From a virus: a stretch of 64,000 nt of DNA. Location: positions 1 to 64,000 of IMG/VR virus record IMGVR_UViG_3300009506_000019; one strand, written 5' to 3'. Below the pieces are notes generated by a model. The model did not search any database. It was not told the origin of the DNA and saw only the letters and a program-made list of their open reading frames with translations. Positions within the stretch are counted from its first letter, which is position 1. Each line of letters starts with the position of its first letter. Below are positions 46,239 through 56,137 of the stretch, piece by piece. The position numbers and the translations under genes were made by a program.

Positions 46239-46953
46239 TGTTAGTAAATGCCTTCCTGAAGCAACCGTTGGGCTTCACACACAACACCTTGTCATTCTTT
46301 GGATCCACCCCAAATTCATCCGTCAGAGCACCACAAGAATCACACCTGACAGTGCCCACATCTGGACGAGCTATCACCTGCTCTCCCAGCTCTGACGCCA
46401 ATAACTCACAATCAGATGCCGCATCCGGTGGCATAAAATTGCGAAAATCTTCATTCACCCCAACAGCTCTTTGAATGATCACACTGAAGTATTCCAGGGT
46501 AGGTCCCTTACCAGTAACACCTGGAACTATACTCGGATAGATAGTGGCAATTCCACCACCATCGATAGCGTAGCGCTTCTTATATCTACGCTTACTATCA
46601 ATGTCGAAGTCCAGCTGTTTCATCATTTTGGTAAATTTGAGTCCAAACGTGGCTTCCTTGTCCTGCCCATTCCCTTTCGGATCTGGAGATTTATCCAAAC
46701 GACGAACAGCACTTTGGGTAGTATCAGCAATCTTCTCGCGTGCAGATTTCTTCTTCCCCGCAGGAGGCTTGCACTTGCTATTGCTTGGAAACTGATTTGC
46801 GGACGCACAAGTCTGCTTGTTCTTTGCAAACTTGCCAACAACCAAAGATGCACCACACGCATCGCACTCCACGATCTTCTGTTTGGCAGGGTCCAGCTTT
46901 ATGTTTCTAACGTTGCTGCCTTTCATGTTAACCTCACCGCAGGCCAATGCCAC
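46216..46953 (-). CDS. hypothetical protein with zinc ribbons
   Basis: CDAC and CDSC pairs; start may be the second Met. Confidence 0.7.
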   Translation of the reverse strand: MALACGEVNMKGSNVRNIKLDPAKQKIVECDACGASLVVGKFAKNKQTCASANQFPSNSKCKPPAGKKKSAREKIADTTQSAVRRLDKSPDPKGNGQDKEATFGLKFTKMMKQLDFDIDSKRRYKKRYAIDGGGIATIYPSIVPGVTGKGPTLEYFSVIIQRAVGVNEDFRNFMPPDAASDCELLASELGEQVIARPDVGTVRCDSCGALTDEFGVDPKNDKVLCVKPNGCFRKAFTNIGAEAEV

Positions 46954-47740
46954 GTTGCTGGGCAGCTACCAGCAGCTTCTTCCTTGCAACAGCATATAGC
47001 CTAGTTATTCGAGGGCGAGACACACCCATGACTTTGGATAGATAGGTGTGCGTTCCATCGATAAGTCTTGTTTTGTTCGATTCGTTCGCATGTGCCAGGC
47101 AGAATGCTATGACTCGATGTTCGTTCGCATTCAGTGTAATTCCATCATCGATTATTTTGATAAGAGATTCAATAATATCTCTGTCACTATACTCCTCTTC
47201 GAACGTGTTTCCTGTTTCAAACACAGCAATTGCATGTCGATCGTTATCGGAAAAGTCTGAATCTGAGTCTGATTTTGGATTGCTGCCTGAGAGTGAATGT
47301 TTGGTATAGAATCGGCGCTGTTTTTGAAACGACCACAGCACCCATTTTCTTGCCCATCCGGTCTTGGGATTTGTTCCAAACAAATACTCGGTAAGATAAG
47401 CAGACTCCCCGATTCTATATCCATGTTCTTCATCAATGAGACACTCGATGACCCTGGATTCAAGATCCATGATCAAATTGTTCATGTCAACGTAGCCATT
47501 GCCTACCCTGGCCACAGCATTGTTCGCTAATCTCACCAAACTTGGACGTACCATCTGCAACAATAATCGAGATGATTCCTCTCGATTAATGTCCAGACGA
47601 ATCCTACAGGCGAGGATATTGATGACTACGTTGCGAGGAGTGGTTCTTTCAGAATAGCACTTACTGACATATCTGCAAGTGCCACATTTTTGCTCTTGCC
47701 GGGCACTCCGTGGCGTGGATGGAGTTAGCCCGTACATCAC
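46934..47740 (-). CDS. divergent sigma70-family RNA polymerase sigma factor
   Basis: region-4 HTH-like LNANEHRVI...T.TYLSKVMGVSRPRITRLYAVARKKL; region-2-like LVRLA...DMNNL. Confidence 0.65.
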   Translation of the reverse strand: MMYGLTPSTPRSARQEQKCGTCRYVSKCYSERTTPRNVVINILACRIRLDINREESSRLLLQMVRPSLVRLANNAVARVGNGYVDMNNLIMDLESRVIECLIDEEHGYRIGESAYLTEYLFGTNPKTGWARKWVLWSFQKQRRFYTKHSLSGSNPKSDSDSDFSDNDRHAIAVFETGNTFEEEYSDRDIIESLIKIIDDGITLNANEHRVIAFCLAHANESNKTRLIDGTHTYLSKVMGVSRPRITRLYAVARKKLLVAAQQRGIGLR

Positions 47741-47946
47741 AACTCAATGCCATCCTTCAGCGTCAACGTTGCGTCGGTAGCATTGAGCTTTACGTCCCAA
47801 TCATAGAAATTGGGTGGTTCCTGTGCTGACCAAAGAAAATTCTCTTTCCCAGCGTCTACATCAACTTGAACTTCAAAATCCAAGTCTTTGTAGGTTTCAG
47901 ATGCGGCCACTTGATCTACTACTGCCTGAAGACTTGTAAGCATCAT
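47737..47946 (-). CDS. hypothetical acidic protein
   Basis: operon coupling. Confidence 0.6.
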   Translation of the reverse strand: MMLTSLQAVVDQVAASETYKDLDFEVQVDVDAGKENFLWSAQEPPNFYDWDVKLNATDATLTLKDGIEL

Positions 47947-48134
47947 ATTGACACCCCCTCAAGCAACCACATCTTTCCTGTGTTGACATCAATCCTGACA
48001 TCAGCTTCACTTGCTGATTTGGTCACCCCATCAGTAAAGATGTACACAACGCCGCTGTTTGCCATGACGTATGCCGCACCAGAATACGCGGCGAGCACAG
48101 CATCAATCTTGGATTTAAGTTGGGTGGCTGTCAC
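47943..48134 (-). CDS. hypothetical protein
   Basis: operon coupling. Confidence 0.55.
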   Translation of the reverse strand: MTATQLKSKIDAVLAAYSGAAYVMANSGVVYIFTDGVTKSASEADVRIDVNTGKMWLLEGVSI

Positions 48135-48327
48135 GTTCTTTCTCCTGAACTACGCGCTGCGCTTCTTTGACGACTTTGAGCCAATTGCTGGTTTCCCCAG
48201 CTTTATATGTTCTCCAAATTTCGTCGCGCAACGGCTTGGGTACTTTGAACCAATGAGGTTTACACATGAGCATATTGCGTGGAATACGCTCACTACATCC
48301 TACGGCATGACACGTCGTAAACCCCAT
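48115..48327 (-). CDS. conserved small Zn-binding phage protein
   Basis: CHA.GC......LMC..HW..VP..L...IW..Y. Confidence 0.7.
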   Translation of the reverse strand: MGFTTCHAVGCSERIPRNMLMCKPHWFKVPKPLRDEIWRTYKAGETSNWLKVVKEAQRVVQEKERDSHPT

Positions 48328-48330
48328 GAC

Positions 48331-49746
48331 TTATCCTACTTTAACACACCTGATGTGCTGAGCAAAGGTCGGATATACCTTTTTAAGCCAATCATACATA
48401 CCACAGGCAATATTCCTGTAGCTGATGTGACCTTGGGGTTTCGACCTCAACTCAATCACATAGAAATCTTGTTCGAGATTCGAATACCAGACAGTGCGAT
48501 GCCGATATGCCAACGGAGTCATGTAGAGGAAAGCGTCCTTCTCTGGAGCAATTTCTCTCATGGTGTAGATAGCTTTGGCCGCATTCTCCATGACTTCCTC
48601 AAACTGGTCACGGAATCCAGCCTCCACAATGTCGTCTGGAATTGAAAATCCCAACTCCGTGGTCGGAAGTTGAGGAAATTGCTTGCAACGGCGATGACGT
48701 TGAAGATCGCGATAAGCACCGTAATCAACCACGATATCCCAAATCGTTGGGACCGCAGCCAACTCTTCCGGCACAGGATCGTGTTCACCACGTTTCTCGA
48801 GCATCTCATTGATAAGATGCGTGGCCTGTTCCATGCCAATGGCGTACTCATAGAAAGAACCAAAACCATGCTGACACACGATTGATCGAGCAACCGTCTG
48901 TATGGCATCAGGTTCATTCATGGTGTACGCAAGCTCAACACCATTTTCTTTCACTGGTGCATCTGCGACGTTGTGATCGTACCAATCACTCAAGTGCTTT
49001 CGGCCCAACGCTCTTGCAGCACCGATGTAGTAGGATGAGTCAGCATGTCTGACCAATGTTGGTAGCTGCTCCATTCCCTTTTCTTTCAATGTCCTACCCA
49101 GCTCCCGAAATTCATGAACTTCACTAGACAACAACTTGGTAATGAGAATGGACAAGTCTCGACCATTCATTCTCATAGCCAAATTGGTCTGTGTTCCAAT
49201 GGGGAGCAAATATCGAAGAGCATCAAAGGCGCGACGTTGAGCCACAAACTTATCACTACCCGTCACCTTCTGAGCAAATTCCTGCATCGGCTCCTTCAAT
49301 CGCTCATAGGTAGCAAACAACTCCTCCATTGATGCGATGTAGTGATCTCGGGCTTTGCCTTCAAGATAGGGTGGAATGTAGTACGCTGTATACCGACCAT
49401 CCTCATCCTTGAACAAAAAATTCTGAGCCCTGGTCGATTTCTCCTGATACGCACCACGCGGCATGGACTCAAGAATTTTGCTGGCGAGAATGCTGACACC
49501 TTCAAAACAAATGTTGGGCACAGCCATCTCAGCCACAGATGCATGTCCATAGTTGATAACATACTTCTCGTGGAATTGGGCTGCACCTTCAACAGTCACC
49601 TTCTTGGCAATCTCGTTGAAAGGCTCCGGCGAACGAGCACACTTGGCAAAGATGGTTGCAATCTCTTCTTCCGAGAAGTTGCGGTCGAGAGAATAGATGT
49701 TAACCGGATGCATTTTTCTTGTCCTTTCCACCGTAGATGTAGACAT
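48331..49746 (-). CDS. thyX: FAD-dependent thymidylate synthase (tandem-domain ThyX)
   Basis: YGHASVAE, EKSTR, RYLLP, RDLQRHR, ELRS..QGH.SYR. Confidence 0.92.
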   Translation of the reverse strand: MSTSTVERTRKMHPVNIYSLDRNFSEEEIATIFAKCARSPEPFNEIAKKVTVEGAAQFHEKYVINYGHASVAEMAVPNICFEGVSILASKILESMPRGAYQEKSTRAQNFLFKDEDGRYTAYYIPPYLEGKARDHYIASMEELFATYERLKEPMQEFAQKVTGSDKFVAQRRAFDALRYLLPIGTQTNLAMRMNGRDLSILITKLLSSEVHEFRELGRTLKEKGMEQLPTLVRHADSSYYIGAARALGRKHLSDWYDHNVADAPVKENGVELAYTMNEPDAIQTVARSIVCQHGFGSFYEYAIGMEQATHLINEMLEKRGEHDPVPEELAAVPTIWDIVVDYGAYRDLQRHRRCKQFPQLPTTELGFSIPDDIVEAGFRDQFEEVMENAAKAIYTMREIAPEKDAFLYMTPLAYRHRTVWYSNLEQDFYVIELRSKPQGHISYRNIACGMYDWLKKVYPTFAQHIRCVKVG

Positions 49747-49897
49747 AGCCTACTTCTATGTGAACTTCGTGTCCAGTCCTATCGTGATGCTGAACAGCAA
49801 CGCCATGAGCGTTCTTGCTGTCCCAGGTCTTATCACAATCAAAGCAATGAGCTATGAGATGAACCCGACCACCACCACGATAATTTCTTTTACTCAT
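49700..49897 (-). CDS. small Cys/His zinc-finger protein
   Basis: C..C......NA......H...TGH. Confidence 0.6.
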   Translation of the reverse strand: MSKRNYRGGGRVHLIAHCFDCDKTWDSKNAHGVAVQHHDRTGHEVHIEVGYVYIYGGKDKKNASG

Positions 49898-50345
49898 CTG
49901 TCGAGCCAAATCCGCTTGTCCCGCGCACTGTGTTGGGAAGATTCCCCACCACCTCAATAGGTGGAACAACACGCGAATGAATGACCAACTGTGCTAGTCG
50001 GTCTCCATTGTGAATCGGATGTGGTTCGAGAGTCGGATTCCAGATGAAAATTGACAGCTCACCTGTATATCCTTCATCTATCGTGCCACCCATGACAAAC
50101 AACTTACGCTTGGCAAAGGTGCTGGATCGCGGCCTGATGTCGCCCCAATAGCCTTCTGGCAACTTGATGTAGACACCAGTACGAATATTGACCATTTTCT
50201 GTGGATTGACAACGAAAGTACCACCATCATTCTCAACCCATGTTTTCAAATCATATCCAACATCACCGGGCTTGGCTGGGCCTGATATTGGGTCTTCATT
50301 TGGGCATTCTGGGTGCACACGCACCATTAGCTTAATATCAGGCAC
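49890..50345 (-). CDS. dut: trimeric dUTPase
   Basis: GYDL, PRSS, GTIDEGYTGE, GDRLAQLV, RGTSGFGST. Confidence 0.95.
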   Translation of the reverse strand: MPDIKLMVRVHPECPNEDPISGPAKPGDVGYDLKTWVENDGGTFVVNPQKMVNIRTGVYIKLPEGYWGDIRPRSSTFAKRKLFVMGGTIDEGYTGELSIFIWNPTLEPHPIHNGDRLAQLVIHSRVVPPIEVVGNLPNTVRGTSGFGSTDE

Positions 50346-50853
50346 GAGCAGCTCCTAACAATCCTTGAGATTCTTGAGCTTTGGTAAGTTCCTTCTTCAG
50401 AACTTCCAACTCACTAGCTTGACAGCGCATCTTAGCACGTTGTTCTTCAATCTCATGTGCTGCCTTCATGAGCTTCCCATAAAGCTCGTTCACATCCTTG
50501 ACAAAGATAGCCTGTCTGCCGATATATTGCATGTAGACAGACTCAGCCATGTCCGTGATGATGATCATGGGCTTGTGGTTACGTACCTGATAGAACTCAA
50601 TTGGTGTACCAACTGAAGTTTGTCCCTTCTTCAGCGACCCAACCAAGATATCAGACCGTTCCAATGCCACCATGTTGATGTCGTGAATGTACGCTGCGAT
50701 GTCAGCGTCCACATTGCGAAACTTGAATGGAGCACATGGATCAAAGAATGCCAACTCTTTGTTGACATCACATAGAGCAAGTAGCTCTTCCTTCCAAGAT
50801 GCACCCTTGTCCTTTTCATAATCGATAGGACCGGCCATGTAACAAATGATCAT
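50338..50853 (-). CDS. nucleoside 2-deoxyribosyltransferase-like protein
   Basis: YMAGPID, SDILV, SVGTPIE. Confidence 0.8.
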   Translation of the reverse strand: MIICYMAGPIDYEKDKGASWKEELLALCDVNKELAFFDPCAPFKFRNVDADIAAYIHDINMVALERSDILVGSLKKGQTSVGTPIEFYQVRNHKPMIIITDMAESVYMQYIGRQAIFVKDVNELYGKLMKAAHEIEEQRAKMRCQASELEVLKKELTKAQESQGLLGAARA

Positions 50854-51419
50854 TTTCTCAATCCCACTATTTTGGCCAGTGAAGCAGCAGCTTGCACCAG
50901 GTCTGAATTAATGACCGTATAATACGGTATGTTGTATTGGAATATCACCTTCTCCATCTGATCGATCATCTTGTCCTGTTTCTCGATCTTCAGCGACAAT
51001 TTGTCTAGTTCATCTTGGTCATCGCGCATTCGATGCTCTGCACGCAGACGTAGATGTTCCCCGATTACCTTAATGAAACAACCGTCGTCTTCGGTACCAG
51101 CCAACTGGTTGTCCAACATCCATTTGACTTGGCCGTCAAAACGAGGACAGCTATCAAGAAAGATTAACTCTGACCCTTGCCCGCGCCTCTTATTGATCAT
51201 CTTGAGTATCTCTTCTCTCATCCGATCTTCGAATGGAAAGAGATTACCCTGAGCCATATGCTCCAACTCCACCTCTGTAGATAGACGCCTTGCAATGTCA
51301 CCGGTCTTGACATGTGCAATGATTTCCTTGCTGGATTGCACCAATGTCTCTATGAGAGTGCTCTTACCAGAACATGGAACACCAAAGACACCAATGATTC
51401 TTCCAGATCGTCGCTTCAT
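50850..51419 (-). CDS. adenylate/NMP kinase-like protein
   Basis: GVPCSGKST, TGDIAR, LDSCPR...Q, RDD. Confidence 0.82.
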   Translation of the reverse strand: MKRRSGRIIGVFGVPCSGKSTLIETLVQSSKEIIAHVKTGDIARRLSTEVELEHMAQGNLFPFEDRMREEILKMINKRRGQGSELIFLDSCPRFDGQVKWMLDNQLAGTEDDGCFIKVIGEHLRLRAEHRMRDDQDELDKLSLKIEKQDKMIDQMEKVIFQYNIPYYTVINSDLVQAAASLAKIVGLRK

Positions 51420-54049
51420 GCTGCAAGCCTCTTGTGTAACGAACCTAAATCAGAGAAGGTAGAACAATCAGTAATGCGGAGATGAGAGCTGCCTGGATCG
51501 ATATGAAGCTTGGCATTCACCTGAAAATCTGATACACCACCACGCCTCTTACCTATGATGACCTTCCGATTCCCTTTGGCTTCGCCATCTTCCGCAATCT
51601 TCTTTTTGCTCTTTACTTCAATATAAACAAAGTTGTCACAATCCTGAATAATCTGATACGAGCCAGCGATTTTATGCTGACCCTGTGCCATCTTATCACG
51701 ATTGAGCTGTGCAATGATAATGGCTGGCAGGCCCATGTCACCGACCACCCGATTAATGATCATCTTCGATGCGTGACCAATAACCTGTTCTCTACTCCAT
51801 CTTTCCTGACCAGGTGCCGTGGTAATGAGCTGGATGTAATCCCAAATTACCGCCTGAATACCATACTTCCACCGATACTCATCAATGATGGCGATAATTT
51901 CATCAATGTGGCCATATGCTGGTTTTGCACAATAGTATCCGGATTTTGCTATCTTCTCACGTGCTTTCCGGATCTCCTCTGCTTCTTTTTGGCTCAAAAG
52001 GCCAGACTGCATTCTACTGTTGTCGATACCAGTCATGATCGATGCAAGACGCATCGTATTATCACGACTGTACATCTCTTGGCCAATCCACAGTGTCTTT
52101 ACTTCAGCATCTACAGCCAGACACTTGAGAATGTTCATGCCAAGCAATGATTTTCCAGATCCAGAATCACCACCTATGACAGTGTAGTGCCGCTGGATTC
52201 CTCCAAGCACCAAATCAACAGACGGCATGTGGTGAAAGCTGTGTCCAATGATTAAGTTACCACCTGACTTGCTGCGTTCTTTGACCTCGTTGTAAAACTC
52301 GTCTGCCAACTCTTGTGGTGTGCGAGCCTGGGGACGAGCAGACGATGACGTAGAAATGAGCTGGCTACGGTGTGTCTCTACTATCTCCACAAAATCCTGT
52401 GATAGATCACGCGATGCTGTAATGAGACCACTAGCCTGCTCGGAAGCAGAACGCCTACGCCACATGTCCAATACTATCTCTGACGCAGCAATCTCGGTGT
52501 ACTTCAAAGAAAGGTCAAACATCTGCGCCACAACAGTAGGCAGCTCTGGATTTGGATGTTGAGCCATGGCCTCATCCAACACTGCCTGTGGCGTATAATT
52601 ATCACCGTACTTGTCTGCGGCATCGATGCAGGCATTGTATAATCGTCTATAATGCGAAATGGTAAATGCTCTCTCTATAATACCAGCAGCTCTTGCAGCA
52701 GCTAAAGCAGATGGATTCTCCATACACATGACCACGAGCGCTCTCTCAGCTTCAGTATTGAATAATTCACTGAATTGCGCTTTAATCTCAGCCACATAAT
52801 CAATCACAGCTTCTTTGGTGCTGTTGATCAACTTGGCCAAGTAATCTGCAGCCATGTCCAACTGAATTCCTGATGCCTTGGTCAGGAAATCACGAAGGTC
52901 TGTGAACAGAGTCTCTTTTTCTGTGTATGATAGGGTTCCGTCTGCTGAACCAGTAAATTTCGTGCGGATGTAATGTTCGACCGGAAGCTCTGTCTTACTG
53001 AGCATGGCATATACTGCTTCATCGCCACCCTCTTTCCACACATCGTGTGGGTCCATATCTACTTCTGGTCGCGCTACCAGTATCAGAGCCTCACCAATAC
53101 GACGTGGCTTACTGACCAATTCGAGTGATTTCAACCACCCAGATTGATCACCATCATAACAAGCTATGATCTTTTTCAGCTTGAATTCAGAAAGAAACTC
53201 TATCTGCTTATCTGTAATAGCTGCGGTCATACAGCCAGCAGCCTTCAATGCAATGGAATCTCGAAATCCCTCCACCACTACCAGCGTGCCATCGTTTGTG
53301 CGGATATTCTTACGAGCAACATGCATTCCATACATAACAGTTGGGTCATGTAATGGGTGCGTAGATTTGTTGCCCATATATGGAGCTTTGTCCCCACCAA
53401 GCTGCTTGGTGTAAAATCCAATGACCTCTGACTTGTGGTTGTGAATCGGATAGATTATGGCGTTGTTGAACAAATCTTTACGATAGAACTCGAGCTTCTC
53501 AATATCTTCTTGTGAGAGCGCTATTTGCTTCGATAAATGAGCAACCAGCACATCTTTGTCTGGACAGTAGCCGACCTGGTATGGAGCAATTTGATCAAGA
53601 GTGAATCCAGACCGAGACATGTAATCGTCACGAATCTGAATGTTCTCTCTCAGCAGTTGATGCATATATTCTGCTGCAAGATTGTTGATTTGTACGTACC
53701 GAGATCTTGCTATTTCTTCTGGTGAGGGGTCTTTGTAGAATGGTGTGAGGTCGAGCTTGAATCTATCTGCGACGTGTTGGACGGACTCAATGAAAGAGAG
53801 ATTGTGCCAGAGCTGCGCCCAGGCAAATATGTCTCCGCTATGTTGCTCCCCTCCCCAATCCTTGAATCGATTTCCACTAACTTTGAAGGAGGGATTGTCT
53901 TCGTCGCGGAACGGAGACGTACAGACGTAAGTATTATTTGATTCTTCTTTCCATTCGACATCGCCCACATCCTCATCGATTACCTGCATTAGGTCAGAGT
54001 TTTCTCTGACGTATTCCTTAGCTCCCTGTAGGTTGCTGAATTTTCTCAT
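51416..54049 (-). CDS. fused DnaG primase-DnaB helicase
   Basis: TOPRIM VEGFRD and CYDGD; helicase GDSGSGKS, WDYIQL, AQLNR, IAGS..I.QD.D. Confidence 0.92.
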   Translation of the reverse strand: MRKFSNLQGAKEYVRENSDLMQVIDEDVGDVEWKEESNNTYVCTSPFRDEDNPSFKVSGNRFKDWGGEQHSGDIFAWAQLWHNLSFIESVQHVADRFKLDLTPFYKDPSPEEIARSRYVQINNLAAEYMHQLLRENIQIRDDYMSRSGFTLDQIAPYQVGYCPDKDVLVAHLSKQIALSQEDIEKLEFYRKDLFNNAIIYPIHNHKSEVIGFYTKQLGGDKAPYMGNKSTHPLHDPTVMYGMHVARKNIRTNDGTLVVVEGFRDSIALKAAGCMTAAITDKQIEFLSEFKLKKIIACYDGDQSGWLKSLELVSKPRRIGEALILVARPEVDMDPHDVWKEGGDEAVYAMLSKTELPVEHYIRTKFTGSADGTLSYTEKETLFTDLRDFLTKASGIQLDMAADYLAKLINSTKEAVIDYVAEIKAQFSELFNTEAERALVVMCMENPSALAAARAAGIIERAFTISHYRRLYNACIDAADKYGDNYTPQAVLDEAMAQHPNPELPTVVAQMFDLSLKYTEIAASEIVLDMWRRRSASEQASGLITASRDLSQDFVEIVETHRSQLISTSSSARPQARTPQELADEFYNEVKERSKSGGNLIIGHSFHHMPSVDLVLGGIQRHYTVIGGDSGSGKSLLGMNILKCLAVDAEVKTLWIGQEMYSRDNTMRLASIMTGIDNSRMQSGLLSQKEAEEIRKAREKIAKSGYYCAKPAYGHIDEIIAIIDEYRWKYGIQAVIWDYIQLITTAPGQERWSREQVIGHASKMIINRVVGDMGLPAIIIAQLNRDKMAQGQHKIAGSYQIIQDCDNFVYIEVKSKKKIAEDGEAKGNRKVIIGKRRGGVSDFQVNAKLHIDPGSSHLRITDCSTFSDLGSLHKRLAA

Positions 54050-54855
54050 GATAGCTTCACCTTATCGAACTCTGCTCTATTCTCTTCACCCACAGCAGCT
54101 TTTTCTTCCACTTTATCCCAATCAATCTCCTCACCGACAGTAACCATTTCCTTCATTTTGCTGATTACAAGCTCAGAATATGCATCCAATTCGCTGAGTT
54201 CATCAAGCTCAACTTTTTGAAACGCACGCTCTTTATTTATTATGCCACGAAGGTAATCAGTGGAGTGCTGTCGTATGTTGAAAACTTTGTCCATACATTC
54301 TTGGACGAAACTGAGACTACAATCCCTCGTAAATTCGAAGATGTGGTAAAGAGAAGTGAAGTTGAAATCTGCAACCAACCAACTGGTCACCAATTCATAC
54401 ATCTCTGTATAAGCTGGTTCTAATTGATCAATGTGATGGGGATATACTGCTAGCTTTGAACGAGGAAATTGAATCATCTCTTTCCAAAACTCGACATCAT
54501 CAAACACAGCCAGCTTAAACCAATCAATGTCCTTGCGGCGAGCAGCTCCGGACGCAATAGTGCCACGCTCCCATTCCGGTGGTGCGGTACCTTTTTTGGG
54601 TTTTGCTTTAAATTGGGTTGAAGTACGACGAAGTATGCCCTGAAATATCTGATCTGTGTGTTGGTAGTATGCAGCCTTTTCCCAATGAATGCGATTATAC
54701 TGTCCCCTCAATCTATCTACCCATGCCGTCAGACTCTCAGTACCACGATGTGAGAAACACATCTCATACACATTGTCACGCAGCTGGCGTGCACCACTGC
54801 TCATAGTGAGATTAAATGGTGGGCTGTTCAACAGCTGCGCAATGTGGCTATCCAT
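54046..54855 (-). CDS. hypothetical protein, possible DnaD-like replication factor
   Basis: V.ECM.......STDYLRGII motif; coupled to the primase-helicase. Confidence 0.45.
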   Translation of the reverse strand: MDSHIAQLLNSPPFNLTMSSGARQLRDNVYEMCFSHRGTESLTAWVDRLRGQYNRIHWEKAAYYQHTDQIFQGILRRTSTQFKAKPKKGTAPPEWERGTIASGAARRKDIDWFKLAVFDDVEFWKEMIQFPRSKLAVYPHHIDQLEPAYTEMYELVTSWLVADFNFTSLYHIFEFTRDCSLSFVQECMDKVFNIRQHSTDYLRGIINKERAFQKVELDELSELDAYSELVISKMKEMVTVGEEIDWDKVEEKAAVGEENRAEFDKVKLS

Positions 54856-55084
54856 CTATCTTTTTCTGTGCCCAAAAAGGTGGTCTGCTATAAATCTCCT
54901 CATCAGAGGACGGCTGCGGTGGTTTTAGTAGTTTCTTCTTTTCGACTGGAATGGTGGTCTGCGCAACAGCATCGAGTATCAATCGTGATACCCACTGGCT
55001 GGCCTGCAGATCGTGCTCACGACAAAATCCCATCATCTTCTGATGAACATCATCAGAAAGATGAATGACCTTACCACCAGACAT
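54848..55084 (-). CDS. ribbon-helix-helix-like regulator
   Basis: KVIHLSDDVH..M..FC.E....ASQWV..LI. Confidence 0.55.
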   Translation of the reverse strand: MSGGKVIHLSDDVHQKMMGFCREHDLQASQWVSRLILDAVAQTTIPVEKKKLLKPPQPSSDEEIYSRPPFWAQKKIDG

Positions 55085-55130
55085 TTTACCTCCGATGAAC
55101 CTTCTATAGTTGGCTTTGCTTAAAAGTTAA

Positions 55131-55520
55131 CTATAGTTCCACCATCCAACGAGGGTTGAATGGAATGTCGGTCATTTGAATTTCTTGAGTTCTATGAACG
55201 TAATAAGATCTGGTGCCGTTTCTTGCTAAATCATGCGCAAAAAACAACAAACCAAATCTACCTTGACGAAACGAATAGGGCTCAGCCAACCGCCAGACAT
55301 TGGAATACAAAATTTTGACCAAAACTCTTTTTCTTGCTGCCCTACGAATAAGAGTGACAATCTCGGCCTCTTGAAGATAGGTAGCTCGCTCTACTGGCTT
55401 TTTCAGCTCTTCTACTTCAGTGGTTTCTTCCTCTGGTAGCGGCTCTTTTTGAAAGAATGGTAGCTTGGGAAGCTTCAGCTTCCGCACAACCGACTTGATT
55501 CGTTCAAATAGGCCAGCCAT
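55131..55520 (-). CDS. stand-alone WYL domain protein
   Basis: I.Y....R..EPYS.......FFAHD.......RSY...R..EI..T...F.PRW. Confidence 0.8.
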   Translation of the reverse strand: MAGLFERIKSVVRKLKLPKLPFFQKEPLPEEETTEVEELKKPVERATYLQEAEIVTLIRRAARKRVLVKILYSNVWRLAEPYSFRQGRFGLLFFAHDLARNGTRSYYVHRTQEIQMTDIPFNPRWMVEL

Positions 55521-56137
55521 TATGCCGCCTCTCTTCTTCCATCTGCATAGATATAATGCGTAATTTGTTTTTCCTTGGATTTGACGTTTCGCACTGGAAG
55601 CTGACCAAACCTATGGATATAGTCTTCCTTCCAGTTCCAAATCGACTGGTACGTTCTACCAAGATAATATGGCCTATACACAATGAGCGAATGTGGTAAA
55701 TCTGAAGTTGTGCCGTAGTTGCCTTTTTTATCGGGGTGTGGCAACCAGAATTTGAGCCTACCGCTAACATGACGAACCTCAGCCGCCTTGTCCCAGACCC
55801 AATCGCTCCAATATTTTACATCCGTGCATGTGTGCACTAAAGCAGTAACCGTGATGCCTTTTTGACTCTCGAGCCAACACTTCTCCAAAAACAATGGTAC
55901 CATACCACGACTATATGGTGGATTCAACCATACACTAATACCCATCTTGTGCCAAATCTGCGCAAGAGAGTTCTGTTCTTTAGTTATGTAGGTGTCACAC
56001 TTCGTATTGAACGCAGCAGCTGCCGCGTCAAAAGCGTAGCGAAACTCGTAATCGCAAATCTGAAAGAAGTCTGGACAGGTCTCGTAATATTCCTTGCCCC
56101 CGCCAGGCGTTCTATCTTTCCCCTTCTGGTGTCCCAT
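55520..56137 (-). CDS. phage N6-adenine DNA methyltransferase (Dam-like)
   Basis: ETCP.FF, FDAAA...NTKC, WLNPPYSR, GRLKF. Confidence 0.9.
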   Translation of the reverse strand: MGHQKGKDRTPGGGKEYYETCPDFFQICDYEFRYAFDAAAAAFNTKCDTYITKEQNSLAQIWHKMGISVWLNPPYSRGMVPLFLEKCWLESQKGITVTALVHTCTDVKYWSDWVWDKAAEVRHVSGRLKFWLPHPDKKGNYGTTSDLPHSLIVYRPYYLGRTYQSIWNWKEDYIHRFGQLPVRNVKSKEKQITHYIYADGRREAA

